Source: Candidatus Auribacter fodinae
GTDB lineage: Bacteria > Auribacterota > Auribacteria > Auribacterales > Auribacteraceae
DNA: 30,396 nucleotides
Assembly (NCBI GenBank): GCA_003599815.1
Contig: QZJZ01000101.1
Span: 1-30,396 of the forward strand
Reading direction: 5' to 3'
A model generated the notes under the pieces. It saw nothing but the letters and a program-made list of their open reading frames with translations, was not told where the DNA came from and did no database searches. The translations under genes and the position numbers were made by a program. This document shows, in pieces, positions 1-6,961 of the stretch (its first letter is position 1; each line of letters begins with the position of its first letter).

Positions 1-90
1 TTATTATATTACATTCTGAAAACAAAAAAAAGAATTCTTTGCGGTATCCCGTCCATTTATCAGGGAACAATATGAAGGCGCGGAAAATTA

Positions 91-1626
91 TCAGATGTAA
101 AACATCCGGCCGGGAACAATATCGCTTTTCGGCCCCAGAGTAAAATAAAAGGTGCACCCATTGCCGGGCGAAGATTCCAGCCACACTTTACCGGAATGAA
201 TGGTAATAATTTTTTGTACAATGGCAAGCCCCAGCCCTGTCCCGCCGGGGTCAAGTTTAAAGAACAGTGAAAACAGGCGGTCATGATACTTCGGGTCAAT
301 GCCGCACCCGTTATCGCGCACATAATACGCTGTTTCGCCATTTTTCTGAATGATAGATCCTACATGTATGAGCAGGTTATCCCGTCCGCCATGGTCAACA
401 GCGTTGGCAATAAGGTTCATCATAACAACCATCAGTTTTTCCTTGTCAGCATATACATCAGGAAACGACTCATCGATACTGACCACTGCCCCTGCCGTAT
501 GTATTGCCCCTTCCAATTGCGAAACAGCGGCTACGACTATCTCCTTAAAAGACACCAGTTCCCGCTTCAGAGCGAGATATCCTGTTTTCTGGAGTTCAAG
601 CATATCCAGAATGGTCTTTTCCATACGGTTACAGACACTAATAATGCGCTCAGCTACCTCAAACGCATTATCAAACTGTTGTGCGTTCAGATGCCGTTTG
701 ACAAGAGCAATATATCCACGAATCGAAACCAGCGGCGATTTCAGGTCATGCGTAACAGTATATAGCAGTTCCCGCATATTTGATATCCGCTGTTCGCATT
801 GTTCATGCTGGTGGTTATCTTGTGTAATATTCTGAGCGACAAGCTGTACACCCACACTTTTCCCGAATTCGTGATAGGGAAAGAGCTCAACACTCCATTT
901 TTCCTCTGCCTGATGCGCATCATGAGCATGTACAGCCATCTCCACATGATCTTTGTTTTTATCAGTGAGATAAACCTGCAGACATGCCTCCTCAAACGCT
1001 TTCCAGCTCCATTCAGGCTGAACCGCACGCAGTTCCCTGATGGAATACGACGCGTCAAGCAGGTCAAGCCCGCACCACGGACGGTTCAGGGAGCTCAGTT
1101 CCCATGTACTGCTGTCGGCAGGGTCGCCAATCCGGATTGTCGCGTAGATATTTTTCCCTTCTTTGACGACACTCCGGTAATTTTTTTCAGATTGAAACAA
1201 TGAATCGAACGATTCGGCAAGTTCGGTGATGTCAATCATCATCTGAACCATTTTTGTCACTTTGCCGTCCCGATATTCCAAGGGAGATGATGCTATATCA
1301 AGCCATATAGGCTTGCCGTCAGCTGATTTGTGACAATGAACGGTATGAACGGTTTCGCCTGTTTCGATAACGGCACGAAAAGGGCATACATGTTCAACGC
1401 CATTCAGCTCATCGCACGGGCGGTCAACATTATGGCAGATAGTATAACATTTCTGCCCGATGATCTCATCTCTTGGCAAGCCGACACGTTGAAGAAACGA
1501 ATCGTTAGCCGCGACTATTATATAGTCATTGTCCACCACCATTATGTCGTGCATACTGGTAGAAATACTTTCCAGAAACGACATCATGGCAAAATTTTGA
1601 TACTCTTTGCCCTTAAGCAATTTCAT
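91..1626 (-). CDS. Soluble PAS-domain sensor histidine kinase. N-terminal PAS is Cys/His-rich; DHp H-box is HDLKSPLVSIRGY; C-terminal HATPase domain
   Basis: 511-aa ORF. H-box HDLKSPL is followed by a G-box region GTGLGLAIVQKI....GNGCTFYFTL. No TM segment at the N-terminus. ATG start has GGAGAAAT about 10 nt upstream. Confidence 0.85.
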   Translation of the reverse strand: MKLLKGKEYQNFAMMSFLESISTSMHDIMVVDNDYIIVAANDSFLQRVGLPRDEIIGQKCYTICHNVDRPCDELNGVEHVCPFRAVIETGETVHTVHCHKSADGKPIWLDIASSPLEYRDGKVTKMVQMMIDITELAESFDSLFQSEKNYRSVVKEGKNIYATIRIGDPADSSTWELSSLNRPWCGLDLLDASYSIRELRAVQPEWSWKAFEEACLQVYLTDKNKDHVEMAVHAHDAHQAEEKWSVELFPYHEFGKSVGVQLVAQNITQDNHQHEQCEQRISNMRELLYTVTHDLKSPLVSIRGYIALVKRHLNAQQFDNAFEVAERIISVCNRMEKTILDMLELQKTGYLALKRELVSFKEIVVAAVSQLEGAIHTAGAVVSIDESFPDVYADKEKLMVVMMNLIANAVDHGGRDNLLIHVGSIIQKNGETAYYVRDNGCGIDPKYHDRLFSLFFKLDPGGTGLGLAIVQKIITIHSGKVWLESSPGNGCTFYFTLGPKSDIVPGRMFYI

Positions 1627-1830
1627 ACAGCAATTTCTCCATAGGGTATCATCTTTGAGGGAAGCATAAATTATCTCTTTTATATATAAAACAGATTAAG
1701 AAGATCGCTATCGGGATTATTTTCAGCAAAATATATTCCAAAAAAACAATGCGCTTAGTGTCCCTTTCCGCTACAATATGCCGTATACCATATTGCCGTA
1801 GAGAGATACAAAAACACAAGGAGGCACGGA

Positions 1831-2811
1831 TTGGCGAAAGCAATAGGATTATTTTCCGGCGGGCTGGACAGCGTGCTTGCTGTTTTATTACTGCAAAAAC
1901 TTGGAGTAGAAGTACTTCCCATTACGTTTTCATCACCTTTTTTTAATACAAAAAAAACACTCGCCGCCGCAGATAAAATAAACATCTCTGTCCGCATTCT
2001 CGACATAACGGATCCGTTAATAGAAATCCTGCGCAACCCTGAGTATGGATTCGGCAAAAACATGAACCCTTGTGTGGACTGCCACGCGCTTATGCTGAAT
2101 GAAGCGGGAAAACTGATGGAAAAAGAAGGGTTCGATTTCCTCTTCACCGGCGAAGTGCTGAATGAACGCCCCATGTCGCAGACTATGAGCGCCCTTACTA
2201 TTGTGGCGAAAAAGTCCGGCTATGCGGATTATATTCTCCGCCCGCTCAGCGCCAAAAGATTGCCGCAAACCAAGCCTGAACGAGAAGGATTGGTCGACCG
2301 TTCACAACTGCTGGATTTCTGCGGGCGGTCGCGTAAACCGCAGATAGCACTCGCTGAAGAGTTCGGGGTCACGCAATACGAAAATCCCGCAGGAGGGTGT
2401 CTGCTCACCTATGAAGGATACAGTTTAAAGCTCAGAGACCTGCTAAAACACACACCCGGCGCGCCTCTGCGCCAGTATGACCTCCTCCGCATGGGCAGGC
2501 ATTTCCGGCTTCCATGCGGAAACAAGCTGATTGTCGGCAAAGACAAAAACGAAAACGAGTTCCTGTTGTCTCAAAAACAAGCGCATGATATTGTGTTGCA
2601 GGGGCACAATATCAAAAGCCCTATCGGACTGATTCCCTGCCCCACGGATTCCTGTGATTTTGACACGGCATGCAGGATTATCGCCCGATACTGCAAACCG
2701 GACACACGTGTGCCGATCGAACTGACTCGTGAAACCCCTGCTCTGTCCGTGATAAAGGAGGTAACGAAATTTTCACCTGAAGAATCGGATGTGTACCTGA
2801 TTACGGTCTGA
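1831..2811 (+). CDS. PP-loop superfamily ATP pyrophosphatase. Likely a tRNA thiolation / ThiI-MnmA-like adenylating enzyme; exact family not resolved
   Basis: SGGLDS PP-loop motif at residues 9-14. Conserved cysteines CVDCH and GGCLL. TTG start codon with a strong AAGGAGG RBS 7 nt upstream. Confidence 0.6.
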   Translation: MAKAIGLFSGGLDSVLAVLLLQKLGVEVLPITFSSPFFNTKKTLAAADKINISVRILDITDPLIEILRNPEYGFGKNMNPCVDCHALMLNEAGKLMEKEGFDFLFTGEVLNERPMSQTMSALTIVAKKSGYADYILRPLSAKRLPQTKPEREGLVDRSQLLDFCGRSRKPQIALAEEFGVTQYENPAGGCLLTYEGYSLKLRDLLKHTPGAPLRQYDLLRMGRHFRLPCGNKLIVGKDKNENEFLLSQKQAHDIVLQGHNIKSPIGLIPCPTDSCDFDTACRIIARYCKPDTRVPIELTRETPALSVIKEVTKFSPEESDVYLITV

Positions 2812-2842
2812 GACAAAAACAACGCCTGAATAAGGAGCGTAT

Positions 2843-3607
2843 ATGAAAAGATTGGATACCAAAACAGCCGTTATTTTCGGCGCTACCGGCGGTATAGGCG
2901 GGGCGATAGCGCGCGGGTTTGTTCAGGAAGGGGCAACTGTGATTCCTGTCAGCAGGAACGAGGAAAGTGTCCGCGCCGCTGTATCCGAGTTGAACGCGCT
3001 GGGCAACCGGTTCACTGAAATTATCTGTTGCGACGTAACCCGTCAGGATCAGGTAGAGCAGGTATGCGCCCGCACTGCGGAGCTCTTCGGCAGGATCGAT
3101 ATCATGGCGTGCGTATCCGGGGCTTACATCAAGAAACCCGCAACCGATATTTCGCTGGATGAATGGAATACTGTACTGAATACCAATCTGACAGGAACGT
3201 TCATCACCAATCAGGCGGCAGGGAAATACATGCTGAAACAGGGAAAAGGCAGTATAATCAATATCGGGTCTCTGGGATCTGATGTGGCGTTATCCAATAC
3301 ATTGCCGTATTGCGCCAGTAAAGCGGGCGTGGTGATGGTCACGAAGTGCCTGTCATCGGAATGGGCAGGGTCCGGAGTCCGGGTCAACACCATCATACCG
3401 GGAGTATTCCCGACCAACCTGAACAGAAAAGCGCTCAGCGACCCGGTCAGGGTGGAAAATATTATCAAGCGCACGCCGATAAAACGGCTGGGCGCTGTGG
3501 ATGAACTTGCCGGAGCGGCGATTTTTCTGGCTTCGGACGAATCAGCGTTTGTAACAGGAATTGCCCTGCCAGTCGACGGAGGGTTTCTCGCGTTTTCCGG
3601 TTTTTAA
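2843..3607 (+). CDS. Short-chain dehydrogenase/reductase (SDR) family oxidoreductase, FabG-like
   Basis: N-terminal Rossmann motif GATGGIGGAIA. Catalytic S...YxxxK (YCASK). 254 aa. AAGGAG RBS. Confidence 0.85.
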   Translation: MKRLDTKTAVIFGATGGIGGAIARGFVQEGATVIPVSRNEESVRAAVSELNALGNRFTEIICCDVTRQDQVEQVCARTAELFGRIDIMACVSGAYIKKPATDISLDEWNTVLNTNLTGTFITNQAAGKYMLKQGKGSIINIGSLGSDVALSNTLPYCASKAGVVMVTKCLSSEWAGSGVRVNTIIPGVFPTNLNRKALSDPVRVENIIKRTPIKRLGAVDELAGAAIFLASDESAFVTGIALPVDGGFLAFSGF

Positions 3608-3610
3608 TAA

Positions 3611-3648
3611 AAAAAGCATGCCGCGTCATCACATCGGCATGCTTTTTT
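3611..3648. terminator. Bidirectional rho-independent terminator between convergent SDR and encapsulin genes
   Basis: AAAAAAGCATGCCG-loop-CGGCATGCTTTTTT. Perfect 8-bp GC-rich stem flanked by an A-run on one side and a T-run on the other, so it reads as hairpin plus U-tract on both strands. Confidence 0.75.
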
Positions 3649-3669
3649 ATTCTATTGATTGATTACTGA

Positions 3670-4485
3670 TTACTTTTTCTTTGGTACAGCCAGCCCGATA
3701 GCGGCTTCAGGCGTCAGAACCTGAAACGTAAACGACTCGGTAAAATACAGTTCCACGTTTTCACTGCAATGCGACTGGTACCCGATAGACAAATCCTGCC
3801 CGACAGTCATTTCAAAATCACCGCCCCTGCTTGACAACAGGACGCCTCCGTCAATCGCGAACGACAATACTATATGCCCGCCAAGCAGTTCTTTGATCCG
3901 CTGATACAAAGAGTATCCGCAGTCATGGGCTTTAAGGAGCATTTTGTATGGTTCGAATCCGAGAACCAGCGAATACGGGCCTCCGATGCCGCTGGCGCGT
4001 AACGCCGCCACTGCATCTTCGACAACACCCTGTAAATCGTCAATTTTCGACGGTAACTGAACCGGCGTATGCGGCGACGATTTAAGAATACCGGTCACAT
4101 TCGCATCCGTAAAACCTTGATAAACGACAGTATCTTCAAACAACGCCGCTTTTTTTGCCGCTGACAGCAACGATTCTAAATCAGGATTTTTCATGCCCCT
4201 GCTTATGTTGTCCAGTTCCCAGATATTCAGTTTAAACGGGATACGGTATTCGATCAGCGGTTGTATTTCGCGCAGTCCCCATTTTACTCCGGGTATCGGT
4301 TCCGACGGGTACACTTTCACCAGCCCTACCGCTACGCCGCTGTAATCCCAGCCGTGGGGACCGGAAAAATCAACCATTTTTCGTGCGGATAAGGTATCTT
4401 TAAGCGTCAGTTTCGCCTGCGATTCCAGTACAGACCATGCATCGGAGGTGATAGGCGCTATGCTTCGTTTCAATATATCACTCAT
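3670..4485 (-). CDS. enc: Family 1 encapsulin nanocompartment shell protein (HK97-fold, linocin M18-like)
   Basis: 271 aa. Near-colinear with the T. maritima encapsulin as I remember it: N-term ..LKRSIAPIT..W, GPxGWxY, KWGLR, PLIExR, WELDN, SRGGDF, ILGQDLSIGY, FTESFTFQV. Confidence 0.9.
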   Translation of the reverse strand: MSDILKRSIAPITSDAWSVLESQAKLTLKDTLSARKMVDFSGPHGWDYSGVAVGLVKVYPSEPIPGVKWGLREIQPLIEYRIPFKLNIWELDNISRGMKNPDLESLLSAAKKAALFEDTVVYQGFTDANVTGILKSSPHTPVQLPSKIDDLQGVVEDAVAALRASGIGGPYSLVLGFEPYKMLLKAHDCGYSLYQRIKELLGGHIVLSFAIDGGVLLSSRGGDFEMTVGQDLSIGYQSHCSENVELYFTESFTFQVLTPEAAIGLAVPKKK

Positions 4486-4489
4486 GATT

Positions 4490-4861
4490 TCAGTCTCCTT
4501 TCCTCAACGATTTAATCCCCAGATCACCGGAACTGCTTTTCGCCGGGGCAGGAGATGATTCCCCTGATGAAGTTTCCGCGTCTTCAATGTCCGTCACGGA
4601 TCCTTCGGTGAACAGGTACGTGCGCAGATTCGTATCGAATACAGGCGTTTTTCTTCGTATCCATTCGAGAGCCATACACGCGTGTTCGACTTCCTCATCC
4701 CTGTTATGCAAAAGAATTCCTTTCAGTTCCTGATCGTCAGTCACGTCCGCGCGCTGGTTATACCAGTTGACGGCTTCCAGTTCTTCTATCAGGCTGACAA
4801 TAGCCCGGTGAAAATTTTTTGCTTCGGATGACAACCCTTCCTCATGAAACGGTTCTGCCAT
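4490..4861 (-). CDS. Encapsulated ferritin-like protein (EncFtn / Flp cargo) with C-terminal encapsulin targeting peptide
   Basis: 123 aa. Ferritin-like four-helix motifs (EELEAVNWY, EEVEHACMALEWIRR). Ser/Pro/Ala-rich flexible linker followed by SGDLGIKSLRKGD, matching the encapsulin cargo-loading peptide consensus. 4-nt gap to the encapsulin start. Confidence 0.85.
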   Translation of the reverse strand: MAEPFHEEGLSSEAKNFHRAIVSLIEELEAVNWYNQRADVTDDQELKGILLHNRDEEVEHACMALEWIRRKTPVFDTNLRTYLFTEGSVTDIEDAETSSGESSPAPAKSSSGDLGIKSLRKGD

Positions 4862-5078
4862 GCTCTCCTCCTTACAGTCAGGTTGAATAAACCGGTTTCT
4901 TTATTGCGGTATATGTGTATTGTCTGTTCTCAGATTCGAAAAGTCAATGCAATAATGCATAAAGTATGTACAGGTTTGATACATGGCATATGGGGTTGAG
5001 TTGAGTAAAAAGAAGAAAAAAATGCCCGGCGGCTATAAATTATAATGCAGATTTTTCCTGTGAGTGCACGGAGTTCCG

Positions 5079-5828
5079 TTATATTCCTGATGGGTCGATA
5101 TCGTTAATCACGGTATCTTCCGTAATCTGAAGTGTTTTCAGGATATGGGCGTCCATGGTGTATTCCGGGCGGTACGCATTGGTAATGGTGCTGGCAACAT
5201 CAAACGCCACCATCTGGGAGAAATACTGCATTGATACCATCATAACTTTCCAGTCCAGAAGCGGATGAGAATAGCGGAGATGACGGTAATAATAGTACCG
5301 CGCGAAATGTTCGACGTCGCGTGAGTTTCCGTCATATAGTTCGTTTATTGCCCACACAACAGTACCGGATGAAGCGTGTATCAGCTGAGCGCTTATACCA
5401 AGCGCGCATGGCTCGTACGGGTTATACCTCGTTATATGAGTAAACAGAATCGCGTCAGCGTTAAACCGACTGCCAAAATCAAAGATGCGTATTTTGTAGA
5501 ATTTCCCGTCACGGCGCACATTGACATCGTCAAATTCAGGGACAGCATATTCGGGAGTAGGCACGATTTCGAATTTATTAATTTTTGACAATTCCGCAAG
5601 AAAAACCGGCGCCAGTTTCGAGTCAACATCCAAAACGCTGGTCTCGTTCTTTATGGGAGCAAACAGCACGCGCCGTATCTTAAACGACGCATAGTCAGGA
5701 TGCATATAGATATTGGTTGACCGGTAAATCGGGTCATTCATCACATAGGCGGCTTTCATCCCCGCGGAATTACAACCGGAGAGGACGGGCACAAAAGATA
5801 ATATCAATACTAGGCATTTTTTCAGCAT
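5079..5828 (-). CDS. Lipoprotein of unknown function
   Basis: Signal peptide plus lipobox (VLSGC) at the N-terminus. 249 aa. No recognisable catalytic motif. Confidence 0.55.
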   Translation of the reverse strand: MLKKCLVLILSFVPVLSGCNSAGMKAAYVMNDPIYRSTNIYMHPDYASFKIRRVLFAPIKNETSVLDVDSKLAPVFLAELSKINKFEIVPTPEYAVPEFDDVNVRRDGKFYKIRIFDFGSRFNADAILFTHITRYNPYEPCALGISAQLIHASSGTVVWAINELYDGNSRDVEHFARYYYYRHLRYSHPLLDWKVMMVSMQYFSQMVAFDVASTITNAYRPEYTMDAHILKTLQITEDTVINDIDPSGI

Positions 5829-5991
5829 GAGTATCCCCTATAGTTATACGTTACACCGGGGGATAAGTTAGCATTTTTTATTCCAGCAAAAAGGAAAATC
5901 GACTACAGTCCATGCACGAACCTAAAAAGATATGCGGTATCATGATCGCAAAGGGAAAACCGGGCAATGACTGCATCAGGAAGCGAACCGT

Positions 5992-6474
5992 TTAATTGGA
6001 AGCGCCCATTTTCAATGCTACTTCAACAGAAAAGTCGCCTTCGTCCATGCTGAACGGAATAACAACACACACAACGTCTTTGGGATAATTGGTGTAGTGG
6101 TTTTTTCCGACACAAACAACGGGCAGGGCGATTTTAAAATTGAATCCCATCTGCGTGAGTTCGCCTTTTGCTCCGCCGGCAATCATATTGGCAATTTCGC
6201 CGACCGCGTCTTTGACATCGTCATTAATATCATCGACATCCATTCCCAGCATATTGCTGACAACCCTCAATACGACTTCTCTGGGAAAATTGATCGTAAC
6301 CGATCCGGTTGCGTCTCCGGCGACGCCAATGGTTCCTGATATTTCGCACCGCATCTTCTCTGTGCCCTTCAGGTACACCTTGCCAATTGCAGGACTGGTA
6401 GACGCCATAGTAGACAAGGCATTGAGCGTCGCGTTAATAAAGGGATTTATGTATTCAACTTTCATAGTTGACAT
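5992..6474 (-). CDS. cheX: Chemotaxis protein CheX (CheC/CheX/FliY family CheY-P phosphatase)
   Basis: 160 aa. INPFINATLNALSTM N-terminus and the DAVGEIANMIAGGAKG motif characteristic of CheX. 22 nt downstream of cheY. Confidence 0.8.
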   Translation of the reverse strand: MSTMKVEYINPFINATLNALSTMASTSPAIGKVYLKGTEKMRCEISGTIGVAGDATGSVTINFPREVVLRVVSNMLGMDVDDINDDVKDAVGEIANMIAGGAKGELTQMGFNFKIALPVVCVGKNHYTNYPKDVVCVVIPFSMDEGDFSVEVALKMGASN

Positions 6475-6496
6475 TGTACAGTATCCTCCAATCTCT

Positions 6497-6856
6497 CTAC
6501 TTTCCGATGACAGCCTCGATTTTACTCTTCAGAACCTCGGGAGTAAACGGTTTCACCACATAGTTGTTCACTCCGGATTTTATCGCTTCCACGATATCCT
6601 CTTTTCCCGCTTCAGTAGTAACCATGATAATAGGAATATGTTTATATGTCTGGCTGGCGCGTACAGATTTAACAAACGTCAGCCCGTCCATTTCAGGCAT
6701 GTTCCAGTCTGTGAAAATAAGGTCGATCCCATCAAGTTTGGATAACGCATCAAGACCGTGTTCGGCTTCAACGATATCTTCCATTCCAAGCCGGCTTAAG
6801 GTGTTCTTAATGATTCTCCGCATCGTCGATGAGTCATCAACGACAATAACTTTCAT
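6497..6856 (-). CDS. cheY: Chemotaxis response regulator CheY (single REC domain)
   Basis: MKVIVVDDSSTMRR..DWNMPEMDG..K; 120 aa from the ATG with an AGGAGGGAG RBS. The upstream in-frame extension in the ORF track is unlikely. Confidence 0.85.
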   Translation of the reverse strand: MKVIVVDDSSTMRRIIKNTLSRLGMEDIVEAEHGLDALSKLDGIDLIFTDWNMPEMDGLTFVKSVRASQTYKHIPIIMVTTEAGKEDIVEAIKSGVNNYVVKPFTPEVLKSKIEAVIGK

Positions 6857-6961
6857 CCTGACTCCCTCCTTTTGCATTTCTAGTGAATATATTAGTCATA
6901 ACACTGTAATCGGCGAATTATGATAAAAATCAAGATTTTTTTGACAGTACACGAGAATATC

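Noticed and set aside
60-341. 93-aa minus-strand ORF overlapping the 3' end of the kinase gene in another frame
   Set aside because: Overlaps the kinase C-terminal ATPase domain. Its sequence is hydrophobic and low complexity, and it does not fit a real gene better than the kinase frame does.
283-835. Two plus-strand ORFs (160-161 aa) inside the histidine kinase gene
   Set aside because: Embedded opposite the kinase frame, which carries clear H-box and HATPase motifs. No RBS and no motifs.
1434-1449. CYTICH read as a c-type heme-binding CXXCH-like site in the PAS kinase
   Set aside because: The spacing is C-x3-C-H, not CXXCH, and the protein has no signal peptide, so periplasmic heme-c attachment is implausible. 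I kept it only as a generic metal/redox-site hypothesis.
5025-5078. Possible intrinsic terminator (GCCGCCGGGC plus T-run on the minus strand) after the lipoprotein gene
   Set aside because: The stem is only about 3 bp when folded strictly. The T-rich tract may simply be AT-rich spacer, so it is too weak to call.
6140-6923. Plus-strand ORFs (201 and 119 aa) across cheX/cheY
   Set aside because: Antisense to two well-supported chemotaxis genes. Ser/Thr/Pro-rich, with no start context.
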